Below are positions 1 to 8,660 of a stretch of 35,592 nucleotides of DNA, piece by piece. The translations under genes were made by a program, and so were the position numbers. This stretch comes from Thermoleophilaceae bacterium (GTDB lineage Bacteria; Actinomycetota; Thermoleophilia; Solirubrobacterales; Thermoleophilaceae), in NCBI GenBank assembly GCA_035641775.1, contig DASQTS010000127.1:1-35592 (forward strand), read 5' to 3'. The notes under the pieces are model-generated. The model ran no database searches. It was not told the origin of the DNA and worked only from the letters and a program-made list of their open reading frames with translations. The stretch's first letter is position 1. Every line of letters starts with the position of its first letter.

Positions 1-48
1 TGGCTCAGGTAGCGGGCCCCGGGAAGCAGGACCACCCGGCGGTCGGGA

Positions 49-1362
49 TCACCGTCGTGCAGGAGCACGGGGCGACCCTAACGCGATCAGGCCGGCCGCG
101 ATCGCCCCCGTCATCGGCCACACGAGGTAGTAGTTGTTGAAGGTGCGGCCGATGAACATGAGCCACAGGATCGAGATCGCGAAGGCCGCCGCGCCCACCC
201 ACAGCCGACCGCTCCGGCGCTGGACCAGGAGCAGCCATACGGTGAGCGGCAGCCAGGTGAGCAGCGCGATGATCACGAACGGGTAGGAGCCCTCGCGGTC
301 CTCCAGTACCCCCAGTTCCACGAGGATCGACGACAGCCCGTAGCCCACGATCCTGTACGTGCCCGCACCGTACTTGACCGTGTCGTCCCAGAATGCGACG
401 GGGTCGGCTACGAAGAACGGGAGGATGCCCGCGGCTAGGACCCCGCCGAAGGCGAGGCCCGCGCTTTTCCAGTGCTCGCGCGGAATCATCAGGGCCATGA
501 AGGGGAGCGCTACGACGGCGAACTGCTTCAGCAGCACCGCCCCGGCGAGCGCGGCAGCCGCCCAGACGAAGCGCCGGCGTGTGACGAGCGCGAACGCCAG
601 CACGAGCAGGAGGAGACTCGGTGCGTCGTTCTGCCCGAACCAGGCCGACCGCACGAGGATCGGGTTGCACACGAGCACCGCGCCGAGAGCGAGCCGCCAC
701 CCGATCGGAGCACGGAACAGGAGCGCCGCAGGCAGCATCGCAAGCGTGCACAGCAGGATCAGCAGGCGTATGTCGTCGAACGGGTCAGGCAGGACTCGCC
801 ACACGGCCGTGGTCACGGGCACGCCGGGGAAGTAGGCGAAGTGCTCGAGCGCGACCTCGCGCTCGCGCACGCGCTCAGAGACCGTGCCGTCGCGCGTGTA
901 GAAGCGCTCGAGCCCTGACTCGCGGTAGTCGTGCCCGTACGGGTTGTCGAGGTCCTGCAGCAGCTCGCCGCCGAGCTCCGCCTGGTAGGTCGAGTCGTTC
1001 GTGAAGAACCAGGGCGCGGTGGAGTCGCGAAGGCCGAGCTGCAGGAGCGTGAGCGGGGCGGCGAGCAGGACGCCCACGGCCAGCACGAGCGCGATCCCCG
1101 TCCAGCGTGGCAGTGTGTGCGGACGGCGCCCGAGCAGGTAGACGGCGAACGCGCCGCACAGGAGCGCGGCCAGGAACGTGGCCGACCTGGCCACGCCCAC
1201 GTCGTGCTCCTCGCCCGCCGCGCGGACGAGCGGGGCGAGTGGTCCATCTGCGTCGATCGGCCCCGGCCGGAAGCGCCAGGGGTCCGAGCCGAGCTCGGGA
1301 AGCGTGATGGCCACCAGCCCGAACAGGATCCCGGTGAGGATCCAGGCCGCGCGCTCGCTCAC
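49..1362 (-). CDS. polytopic membrane glycosyltransferase, GT-C fold (DUF2029/GT87-like)
   Basis: 437-aa ORF with many hydrophobic spans. The region 'GQNDAPSLLLLVLAFALV...LLKQFAVVALPF' resembles DUF2029/GT87 polyprenyl-phosphate-sugar transferases. 4-nt overlap (1359-1362) with the upstream gene. Family call is from memory of motifs, not a search. Confidence 0.55.
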   Translation of the reverse strand: MSERAAWILTGILFGLVAITLPELGSDPWRFRPGPIDADGPLAPLVRAAGEEHDVGVARSATFLAALLCGAFAVYLLGRRPHTLPRWTGIALVLAVGVLLAAPLTLLQLGLRDSTAPWFFTNDSTYQAELGGELLQDLDNPYGHDYRESGLERFYTRDGTVSERVREREVALEHFAYFPGVPVTTAVWRVLPDPFDDIRLLILLCTLAMLPAALLFRAPIGWRLALGAVLVCNPILVRSAWFGQNDAPSLLLLVLAFALVTRRRFVWAAAALAGAVLLKQFAVVALPFMALMIPREHWKSAGLAFGGVLAAGILPFFVADPVAFWDDTVKYGAGTYRIVGYGLSSILVELGVLEDREGSYPFVIIALLTWLPLTVWLLLVQRRSGRLWVGAAAFAISILWLMFIGRTFNNYYLVWPMTGAIAAGLIALGSPRAPARR

Positions 1363-2852
1363 GCCGCGGCCCTCGAGCGCCGCGGCCTAGGGACTCCGAT
1401 GCAGTAGGCGGCGGTGATCGACAGCACCAGCCAGGTGAGCGGGTCCTCGAGGAACCCGCTGTAGAAGAGCGCGTGTACGAACAGCCCGACCAGCGCGGCG
1501 CCGAGCGCGAGCGCGAGCGGCTCGTTCCGGCGCCTGAGCTGGAGGATCAGCCTCATGCCGCCCACGAGCAGCCAGGCGTACAGGAGCAGCCCCACGAGGC
1601 CCAGCTCGGCGAACACCGTGAGGGGCGTGGTGTGCGACACGAAGTTCGGCGTCGGCCGGTCGCTCCCCACGATTCGGCGGCTCGCGCGCGGCTGCCCGCC
1701 GATGCCGACACCCACGATGGGATGCTCCTCGATCACTCGCACGGCGTCCTCCACGCGTTCGGTGCGGTCGCTCGTGATCCTGTTCAGCGAGCGTCCGTCG
1801 GCCATCTGCACCGCCACGTAGCCGCCGGCTGCCACCACGGCCGCGAGCGCGAGGAGCGCAACGGCTCGGCGAACGCGCCGGTCGCCCGTGGCGACCGCGA
1901 GGGCGAGCGTGATCACGAGCAGCGCCGCCATGCTCGACTGCGAGTACGAGAACAGGAGGCCCGCCCACATCAAGGCGAGCAGCCCGATCAGCGGCCAGGT
2001 GCGCCAGCTGCGGGTGGCCAGGAGGGCGAGCGCCACGCCGATCCCGAGCACCACGTGGCGGCCGTACAGGCTCGGGTCGCCGAAGAGCGAGGTCACGCGG
2101 AAGTAATCCGTGTTCGCGTTCGAGGTCGTGAGGTTCGGCGCGTAGAAGAACAGCTCGTGCGTGGCGGCCTGCCAGAGCCCCACCGCGGCGAACACGGAGG
2201 CGAGCGCGAGCGCCGTCGCGGCGAGCGCGCGGGGCGCCCAGTCCGGGAACTCCGCGCGCGCGACGGTGGCCACGAGCGCCACGAACGGCAGCGTGAAGAA
2301 GAGCAGCATGTTCGCGCCCGCCTCCACGTCGTCCGCCCACAGGAGCGAGCAGCAGGCGAACGCGAGGAAGAGAGCGGCCGGCAGGGCCACCGCGCCCGGC
2401 AGCGCGCGCACCTCGCGGGCGCGCAACGTGCGCCAGCCCAACGCCGTCGCCGCCGCGGCCAGCACGAAGTAGAGCGGCAGCAGCCGACCCAGGCGGCCGT
2501 CGTCGGCGATGCTGACCAGGAAGGTGCTGGTGCTGTCGAACGACAGCGGCGGGCGGAGCGGCGCCGCCACCAGCACCGCGAGCGGGACGAGTGCCGGCCG
2601 CCGCACGAACAGCGCCGCGGCCGCGGCGAGGGCGAACGCGCCGAGGGCGACTGCGACCGCGCCGGACGCGCCGCTCAGCCGGTCGAGCGGCCCGCCGCCG
2701 AGCGCCCACGCCAGCCCGAGCTCGGCTGCGCCGAGCAGCACCAGTCCGCCAAGCAGGGCGATCCGCGCGGCGCGACCCCGCGCGAGCAGCACGAGGATGG
2801 CCCCGAGCGCTCCGCCCAGGGCGGCCAGTTGGGCGGTGTCAGCGTGCTCCAT
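1359..2852 (-). CDS. O-antigen ligase / Wzy_C family membrane protein
   Basis: 497-aa polytopic ORF. 'LLFSYSQSSMAALLVITLALAV' followed by a periplasmic-type loop is typical of Wzy_C/O-antigen-ligase-like proteins. Sits in one operon with three glycosyltransferases and overlaps GT2 by 14 nt. Confidence 0.65.
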   Translation of the reverse strand: MEHADTAQLAALGGALGAILVLLARGRAARIALLGGLVLLGAAELGLAWALGGGPLDRLSGASGAVAVALGAFALAAAAALFVRRPALVPLAVLVAAPLRPPLSFDSTSTFLVSIADDGRLGRLLPLYFVLAAAATALGWRTLRAREVRALPGAVALPAALFLAFACCSLLWADDVEAGANMLLFFTLPFVALVATVARAEFPDWAPRALAATALALASVFAAVGLWQAATHELFFYAPNLTTSNANTDYFRVTSLFGDPSLYGRHVVLGIGVALALLATRSWRTWPLIGLLALMWAGLLFSYSQSSMAALLVITLALAVATGDRRVRRAVALLALAAVVAAGGYVAVQMADGRSLNRITSDRTERVEDAVRVIEEHPIVGVGIGGQPRASRRIVGSDRPTPNFVSHTTPLTVFAELGLVGLLLYAWLLVGGMRLILQLRRRNEPLALALGAALVGLFVHALFYSGFLEDPLTWLVLSITAAYCIGVPRPRRSRAAA

Positions 2853-3777
2853 GGCGTGCGGGGACGTTATTCGCCAACCCGCGGTTGTAGGCCTCCGCGG
2901 CCTCGCGGATTCCCTCGCCGCGGCCGGGCAGAAGCTCTTGCCGCGCGTGTGTCAGGTAGCGGCGCGCGTCCCGTCCAGGGAGCACCGCCGCCGCGACCGC
3001 GCGCACGAGATACGCCCACGTCCAGCACGCCCTCCACACCAGCCGGGTGAGCGTCAGGCCGTGCTTCCGGAAGTAGAGGTCGCGGTTGCGGTGGAACTCC
3101 ACTATCCGCCGCCTCATCGCGGGGCGGTCGCTGCTGAGCTGGTCGTGGTGAACCGCCCGGGCATCCACGGCGAACAGGATTCGCCAGCCGGCGTCGCGCA
3201 GGCGCTTGCAGAAGTCCGTCTCGTCCGAGTACACGAAGAAGTCGCCGTCGAACCAGCCCACCTCCTCGGCCGCCTCGCGCCGCACGAGCATCGCGCTCGA
3301 CTGCACCCAGCCCACCTCGCGCACGCCTGTGCCGGTGCTCTCGACCGCCACGCGCTCGTGCATGAAGACCGCCGCGGCGAGCGCCCACTTGATGTCTGGA
3401 AGCCTCCAGGCGCACGCGGTGGGCTCACCGCCGCTCGTGAGGAGCTGCGCGCCCGCCGCGGCGGCGCGCGGGTCGGCGTCAAGCGCGTCGAGCAGCGCCC
3501 GGGCCGCGCCCTCGCACAGCTCCGAGTCCTCGTTCAGCAGGAGGCAGTAGCGCCCGCGCGCCTCCTTCAGGAGCAGCGAGTCGTTGTCGGCCTTGCCGGT
3601 TCTGCGCTCGAGCGCGAACAGCCGCGCGTGCGGGTAGCGCTCGCGCACCGCATCCGCCGAGCCGTCGGTGGAGGCGTTGTCGAGCACGACCAGCTCGTGG
3701 TCCACGCCGACCGGGTGGGTCCGCTCGATCGCGGCGAGGCAGTCGAGCAGGAACTCGCGCCCGTTCGTGTTCACCAC
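2839..3777 (-). CDS. glycosyltransferase family 2
   Basis: 'VVNTNGREFLLDCLAAIE...VLDNASTDGSADAVRERYP...LLNEDSEL' is a GT2 (GT-A, DXD) N-terminal signature. GTG at 3777 is the most upstream start in the track. The open frame continues a few codons upstream ('LTELSYC'), so the true start is slightly uncertain. Confidence 0.85.
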   Translation of the reverse strand: MVNTNGREFLLDCLAAIERTHPVGVDHELVVLDNASTDGSADAVRERYPHARLFALERRTGKADNDSLLLKEARGRYCLLLNEDSELCEGAARALLDALDADPRAAAAGAQLLTSGGEPTACAWRLPDIKWALAAAVFMHERVAVESTGTGVREVGWVQSSAMLVRREAAEEVGWFDGDFFVYSDETDFCKRLRDAGWRILFAVDARAVHHDQLSSDRPAMRRRIVEFHRNRDLYFRKHGLTLTRLVWRACWTWAYLVRAVAAAVLPGRDARRYLTHARQELLPGRGEGIREAAEAYNRGLANNVPARHGAR

Positions 3778-3794
3778 GCAGTAAGAGAGCTCGG

Positions 3795-4922
3795 TCAGCC
3801 CGCCGCCTCCTCGAGCACCGCGAGCGCGCGGGCGGCCAGCTCGTCGCGGGCGAACTCGCGCTCGGCGAGCGCGCGGGCGTTGCGGCCCATCCGCTCGGCG
3901 ACCTCCGGGTTGTCGCGCAGCCAGGCGAGCCTCTCGGCGAGCTCATCGGCGTCGCCGGGGCGCACGTACGCGCCGGCCTCGTTTCGCTCCACGAGCTCGC
4001 GCATCCAACCGTCCATATTCACGATGGCCGGCCGGCCCGCGGCGAACGTGTCGAACAGCTTGTTCGGCGAGTTCGTCGCCAGCACCGGCACGTCCTTGAA
4101 GAGCGTGAGGCAAACGCTCGACTCGGCGGCCAGACGCGCCACCTCCTCCTTCGTGCCGCTGCGGAAATCCACGTTCGGCGGCGCGCTGCGCTCGAGCTCG
4201 TCGCGCCGCTTGCCATCGCCCATGATCACGAAGCGCATGTCCGGCAGCAGCCGGGCGGCCTCCACCGCGGCGGTCACGTCGTTGGCTTCGCCGAGCGTCC
4301 CGAAGTAGCTCACCAGGAATTCGTCAGGCGGCGATGCGGGGGTGAACAGGTCGAGGTCGGCGGCGTTCGGGATCAGCACGGACCTGTCGGGCGGCAGCGC
4401 CGCCCGGATGCCCGGGGAGAGCGCGACCACGCGGGTGCTGCGGGCGTACACGAAGCGCTCGAGCGCCCGCGCGAGCCGCCGGGCGAGCGGGTTGCGAAGC
4501 GCGCCCATCTGGATGGGCGCCTCCGGCCACAGGTCGCGCACCTCGAACACGAGTGGCGCGCGCCAGCGCAGCCTCGCGGCCAGCGCGGGCAGCGCCATCG
4601 TGAGCGGCGGCGAGGTGGCGTAGACCACGTCCGGGCGCGGTCCGCGGAGGGCCGCCAGCGTCGCGGCCGCGGCGAAGCGGGCGAAGGCCGCCATCCGGCG
4701 CGCGTCCGACATCGTGGTGGCCCGCATGTACTCCGAGTAGGCGCCGCGCACGCCCACCACCTCGATCCCGTCCACGCTTCGCGGCCCGGCCCCGGCCCCC
4801 TGGGCGGTTACCATCCGCACGGCGTGGCCGCGCTCCACGAAGCGGCGCGCGAACTCGTACGAGCGCGTGCCGCCCACGCCAGCGCGGGTGATGAAGAACT
4901 GATGCAGGTACAGGATTCGCAT
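3795..4922 (-). CDS. glycosyltransferase family 4 (GT-B fold)
   Basis: Track ORF 3795..5582 trimmed to the in-frame ATG at 4922, giving 'MRILYLHQFFITRAGVGGTRSYEFARRFVERGHAV', a typical GT4 N-terminus. The roughly 220 upstream codons are Arg-rich and run through the intergenic repeats and antisense to the plus-strand gene at 5037. Confidence 0.85.
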   Translation of the reverse strand: MRILYLHQFFITRAGVGGTRSYEFARRFVERGHAVRMVTAQGAGAGPRSVDGIEVVGVRGAYSEYMRATTMSDARRMAAFARFAAAATLAALRGPRPDVVYATSPPLTMALPALAARLRWRAPLVFEVRDLWPEAPIQMGALRNPLARRLARALERFVYARSTRVVALSPGIRAALPPDRSVLIPNAADLDLFTPASPPDEFLVSYFGTLGEANDVTAAVEAARLLPDMRFVIMGDGKRRDELERSAPPNVDFRSGTKEEVARLAAESSVCLTLFKDVPVLATNSPNKLFDTFAAGRPAIVNMDGWMRELVERNEAGAYVRPGDADELAERLAWLRDNPEVAERMGRNARALAEREFARDELAARALAVLEEAAG

Positions 4923-4928
4923 GTGGTG

Positions 4929-5012
4929 GGCAAGCACCGGGCGGTGCCCGGTGCGCAGCCATTGGTTTCGGGCAAGCACCGGGCGGTGCCCGGTGCGCAG
5001 CCATTGGTTTCC
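4929..5012. repeat. tandem direct duplication (2 x 42 bp, 41/42 identical), each unit carrying a 9-bp-stem/3-nt-loop palindrome
   Basis: Unit 1 (4929-4970) is ggcaagcaccgggcggtgcccggtgcgcagccattggtttcg. Unit 2 (4971-5012) is identical except the last base. Palindrome is GCACCGGGC-GGT-GCCCGGTGC. The repeat fills most of the 114-bp divergent intergenic region between starts at 4922(-) and 5037(+). Confidence 0.95.
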
Positions 5013-5036
5013 GGTGCCGGGGAACGGTAACCGGCG

Positions 5037-5618
5037 TTGACCCGCCCGCTGGACGCGGCGCTGGCTGCGCTGCTGCTCGCGATCGCTTCGCCGCTGCTCG
5101 CGCTGGCGGCCATCGCGATCAGGGTCGAGAGCCGCGGCCCGGTGTTCTACCGGCAGCGGCGGGTGGGCCACGGGGGCCAGCCGTTCGACCTGTGGAAGCT
5201 TCGGACCATGGTGCCCGGCGCCGAGACCATGGGCGACGGCATCTACGTAATCGAGGGGGACCCGCGCATCACGCGCATCGGACGACTGCTGCGCCGCTTC
5301 TCGCTCGACGAGCTGCCGAACCTCGTCAACGTGCTGAAGGGCGAGATGGCGATCGTCGGGCCGCGCCCGACGGTGCAGGAGCAGGTGGACCGCTACACGG
5401 AGCGCCAGCTGCGCCGGCTCGAGGTCAAGCCGGGGATCACCGGCTGGGCGCAGGTGAACGGCCGCACCTCGCTGTCGTGGCCCGAGCGCATCGAGCTCGA
5501 CGTCTGGTACGTGGAGCACCGCTCGCTGTGGCTCGACCTGCGCATCCTCGCCAGGACCGCCCGGATGCTCGCCACGGGGCACGGCCTCTACAGCGAGGAC
5601 CTCAAGCAGGGTTGGTGA
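5037..5618 (+). CDS. small monotopic phosphoglycosyl transferase (bacterial sugar transferase, WbaP C-terminal/PglC-like)
   Basis: 'LLLAIASPLLALAAIAIRVESRGPVFYRQRRVGHGGQPFDLWKLRTM...DPRITRIGRLLRRFSLDELPNLVNVLKGEMAIVGPRP' is the classic Bac_transf signature. TTG start at 5037. Confidence 0.9.
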   Translation: MTRPLDAALAALLLAIASPLLALAAIAIRVESRGPVFYRQRRVGHGGQPFDLWKLRTMVPGAETMGDGIYVIEGDPRITRIGRLLRRFSLDELPNLVNVLKGEMAIVGPRPTVQEQVDRYTERQLRRLEVKPGITGWAQVNGRTSLSWPERIELDVWYVEHRSLWLDLRILARTARMLATGHGLYSEDLKQGW

Positions 5619-7193
5619 TCAGCGCACTCTCAGGGGATGGATCGTCGATACGCCGCGGTCCGTGTCCAGGTCCGTCTTCGCGACGGCGTAGTAGCGGTAG
5701 CGCGCGCGGAAGGCGGGCGTGAAGGAGGTGACGAAGCGCCCCTGGCGCGTCCGCGCGGCGCGCGTGCCGACCTTGCGCCAGCGCCCTCGCACGGACTGCT
5801 GGAAGACTACGTGCACCACACGCTTGCGCGGACCCACGCTGCCCCGAACCGACACCCTGCGACCCCTCTCGGCCCGGCGGGGCGGCCTGTCGAAGCTCAG
5901 GACCGGGCGCAGGCGCAGCAGCAGCCGGGGCGACTGGCCTCCGGGCACATCGGCGCTGCCCGGGTAGCGGACGCGCACGTACATGCGCTTGGACGGCTTC
6001 AACTCCGTGACGAAGGAGCCGTCGGCTCCCGTCGTGAGGCGACGGGCGGTCCGCCAGCGGTTCTCGCTGTTCGTTTGGACCTCGACTCCCTGCCCCGCCA
6101 TCGGGCTGCCGTCGGGGGCGGCCAGGAAGCCGGTGACCGGCGTGAGCTCGCCGTAGTCCAGGCGCGTGTCCGCAAGCGCTGCGCTCACATGGGCGGTCGA
6201 GACCGGCGTGAACGGCGCGCCCGACTCGACCATCGCCCGGATCTCCGGAAGCTGGGCGTAGAGCGCGTCGCCGGGGCACGCTGTCCTGCCGGTGTCGCGG
6301 TGCCCGATAACACGCTCGAGCGTCACGTCGGTGCCCGCGGGGTAGCGGCTGGCGGACCCGCCCGCGCTCCGAACCGACACCGGCCCGGACAGCGGCTGCC
6401 CGTGCACGCCGAGCTTCCAGCGGATGTAGGTGGCCGTGGCCGCGAGGGACTCGTGGCTCGCCGCGGTGCTCGTGTAGTCGCCGATGTTGGCGATGCCGGC
6501 CGTCTGGGAGTTGAAGCCCTGAGCCTGCGCGCCCACGACAGCACGGTCGAGCCCACCCGCCCGGCCCTCGTAGATCGTCCCGTACTTGTCGACGAGCGCG
6601 TTGTAACCGATGTCGTTCCACCCGTTCGAGTTGCGGTGGTAGCGGCAGATGGCGAGCACCATCTGCGGCGCCTCGGCCGGCGTGTAGTCGTTCAGCGAGA
6701 CCGTGTGGTGTACGTGCACGGCCTTCACCTCGCCGTAGATCGGGCCCTCGCGCGGCAGGCAGCCGTCGGCGCCCCACCCTTCACGCGTCACGTACGGGAA
6801 GGGGGTGGCGGCGGTCTGGCTCGCCCGCGCGCGCAAGCTCCTCCTGGCCACCGCCACGAAGTGCACGCGCAGTCCGGGCACGCGTCGGTCGAGCCTGTAC
6901 TGGAGCGTCGTCGCGCGACCCACCCAGGCCGGGTCCGAGCCGCCGCGCCCGTGCACGCCCAGGTGCCGCCAGGCGCTCCATCCGCCGCCGGAGCGCCGCA
7001 CGCGGACCTCCACGTCGGGCGTCGCGTGCCCGCGCCAGCGCAGGCCGGCGAGGCTGAACGGCTTCGGCGCGGTGACCTGCCCCCGCGCCCGGTCCGGCGC
7101 GCGGACCTCGAAGTCGGCGGCGGTTGCGCCCAAGGCGGAGGGGACGAGAATCAGGACGCAGACGAGCGCCGCTGCTGAGGCGAGCAGCTTCAC
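5619..7193 (-). CDS. secreted N-acetylmuramoyl-L-alanine amidase (Amidase_2/PGRP domain) with C-terminal beta-rich extension
   Basis: Signal peptide 'MKLLASAAALVCVLILVPSALGA'. 'HVHHTVSLNDYTP...ICRYHRNSNGWNDIGYNALVDKYGTIYEGRAGG...GHRDTGRTACPGDALY' matches the Amidase_2 zinc-amidase core. Its stop abuts the stop of the convergent gene (5618/5619). Confidence 0.85.
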   Translation of the reverse strand: MKLLASAAALVCVLILVPSALGATAADFEVRAPDRARGQVTAPKPFSLAGLRWRGHATPDVEVRVRRSGGGWSAWRHLGVHGRGGSDPAWVGRATTLQYRLDRRVPGLRVHFVAVARRSLRARASQTAATPFPYVTREGWGADGCLPREGPIYGEVKAVHVHHTVSLNDYTPAEAPQMVLAICRYHRNSNGWNDIGYNALVDKYGTIYEGRAGGLDRAVVGAQAQGFNSQTAGIANIGDYTSTAASHESLAATATYIRWKLGVHGQPLSGPVSVRSAGGSASRYPAGTDVTLERVIGHRDTGRTACPGDALYAQLPEIRAMVESGAPFTPVSTAHVSAALADTRLDYGELTPVTGFLAAPDGSPMAGQGVEVQTNSENRWRTARRLTTGADGSFVTELKPSKRMYVRVRYPGSADVPGGQSPRLLLRLRPVLSFDRPPRRAERGRRVSVRGSVGPRKRVVHVVFQQSVRGRWRKVGTRAARTRQGRFVTSFTPAFRARYRYYAVAKTDLDTDRGVSTIHPLRVR

Positions 7194-7286
7194 GATGATC
7201 GGAACACGCTCGCAGCCGGCCTGTTGCGGCTCCGCACGAAATCGTGCAAATGCACGGATTGCAGGGGGAATTGCCCAGGCAGGTGC

Positions 7287-8000
7287 TTAGGGGATGGGCT
7301 CGGGACCCTGCGAGCGGTGCTCGTCGCGGAAGGCGGCGAGCGCGTCGAACGTCTTGTCGTTGACCTCATCGCAGAGCAGCATCCGCCCGGTGCCGCCCGG
7401 CGCGGGGTCGGCGTTCCAGGCTGTCGCGGCCACGGCGTACGGCATGTTCCGCCGCGGGACTAGGAACATCTGGTACGAGTCGTCGTCCACCAGCGCGCGG
7501 ATGTCGGCGCGCTGCTCCTCGGGCAGGCTCGGCTTCACCCAGATGATCACGCGACCGTGCTCGAGGCCGTGGACGAGCGCCTCGTCCGGCGGCGCGTCGC
7601 CGTAGATGCCGTCCTCGGCGGGGATCTCGTAGTGGCGGCCGGTCGTCGGCGGGTTGGTGTTGTACTTGACGCGCTCGTCAAGCGAGGTGGTGTGGTCGGC
7701 GCTGCCGCTGCCCTTGACGCTGCGCAGCCGGCAGCCTGCGGCCTCCGCCGCGGGCTGGGTCTCGAACTGCGTCTGCTCCGGGAAGCTGCCGCCCTCGGGG
7801 AACACCTCGGCCGCCGCCGCATCCGAGCCCCCGCCGCCGCCCGTGGCGAGCAGGACCACGACGACCAGCGCGGCAACCGCAAGCGCGCCGCCGAGGCCGT
7901 AGCCGAGCATCTTCTTGCGCTTCTCGGCGTCGCGCTTCTGGCGCTCGCGCTCCTCACGTTCGCGGCGCAGCCTCTCCTTCTGGTCCCGCCTGTGCGACAC
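7287..8000 (-). CDS. DUF3105 domain protein, N-terminal charged tail plus single TM anchor
   Basis: 'NPPTTGRHY...LVHGLEHGRVIIWVKPSLP...AATAWN...FRDEHRSQGPEPIP' fits the DUF3105 pattern. The N-terminus is K/R/E-rich, followed by a hydrophobic span. Confidence 0.65.
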   Translation of the reverse strand: MSHRRDQKERLRREREERERQKRDAEKRKKMLGYGLGGALAVAALVVVVLLATGGGGGSDAAAAEVFPEGGSFPEQTQFETQPAAEAAGCRLRSVKGSGSADHTTSLDERVKYNTNPPTTGRHYEIPAEDGIYGDAPPDEALVHGLEHGRVIIWVKPSLPEEQRADIRALVDDDSYQMFLVPRRNMPYAVAATAWNADPAPGGTGRMLLCDEVNDKTFDALAAFRDEHRSQGPEPIP

Positions 8001-8024
8001 GGCGGCGAAGGGTAGTAGAGCGTT

Positions 8025-8660
8025 TTACGGAATCGGCTCTGGCCCGCGGCCGCGGTGCTCGTCACGGAAGGCGCGCAGGGCGTCCACGACCTCGTCGTTC
8101 CACTTCGGGCAGCCGAGCGTGCGGCCGGTGCCGCCGGGCTGCGGGTCGCCGTTCCAGGCGGTCTCGGCCACCTCGTACGGCATGGTCGCCCGCGGCGTGA
8201 CTACCAGCTGGTGGTCGTCCTCCTCGAATAGCGCTCGCAGCGTCTTCCGCGCCTTCGCGGGCAGGCTCGGCTTCGCCCAGATGATCACGCGTCCGTGCTC
8301 CATCGTGTGGACGAGCGACTCGTCGGGCGGCGCCTGCTGATAGAGCCCGTCCCCGGCCGCCTGCGCCGCGTGGGACCCCAGCGTGGGCGGGTTGCCGCGG
8401 TAGCGGACCGTCTCGTCGGGTGACGTGGTGTGCTGGCGGTCCGCCTCGCCGCGTGAGGGCGTCGTCTTCAGCACGCAGCCTGCGGCGCGGGCTGCCTGCT
8501 CCAGCGGGACCCCGCTGTCGTCGGGCACGCTGCCGCCGGCGGGGAAGACCTCGGCCCCGCCTCCGGCGCCTCCACCGTTGCCGTCCTCGCCGCCGCCTCC
8601 GTTGCCGCACCCCCCGAGCGCGACGAGCGTGAGCCCGACTGCGAATGCCCGCCGGCTCAC
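8025..8660 (-). CDS. DUF3105 domain lipoprotein (paralog of 7287..8000)
   Basis: Same core ('NPPTLGSH...LVHTMEHGRVIIWAKPSLP...AETAWN...FRDEHRGRGPEPIP') with the lipobox-like 'LTLVALGGCG'. Start placed at GTG 8660, which forms a GTGA overlap with the stop of the upstream hydrolase (8657-8659). The track alternative start is 8747. Confidence 0.65.
   Translation of the reverse strand: MSRRAFAVGLTLVALGGCGNGGGGEDGNGGGAGGGAEVFPAGGSVPDDSGVPLEQAARAAGCVLKTTPSRGEADRQHTTSPDETVRYRGNPPTLGSHAAQAAGDGLYQQAPPDESLVHTMEHGRVIIWAKPSLPAKARKTLRALFEEDDHQLVVTPRATMPYEVAETAWNGDPQPGGTGRTLGCPKWNDEVVDALRAFRDEHRGRGPEPIP

Noticed and set aside
4929-5012. CRISPR array.
   Set aside because: Only two directly abutting repeat units with no spacers, and no cas genes in the window.
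4923-5582. N-terminal 220 codons of track ORF 3795..5582 (595 aa).
   Set aside because: The GT4 domain begins at the internal 'MRILYLHQFF' (ATG 4922). The extension reads through the intergenic tandem repeat (giving the duplicated 'MAAHRAPPGACP'-type peptides in another frame) and antisense through the sugar-transferase gene.
7266-7276. Shared 11-mer gggaattgccc upstream of the amidase gene (7266-7276) and upstream of the PspC operon (23689-23699), as a possible response-regulator box.
   Set aside because: The match does not extend beyond 11 nt. The distances to the two start codons differ (about 73 versus about 27 nt). A single shared 11-mer among the intergenic regions is close to chance expectation.
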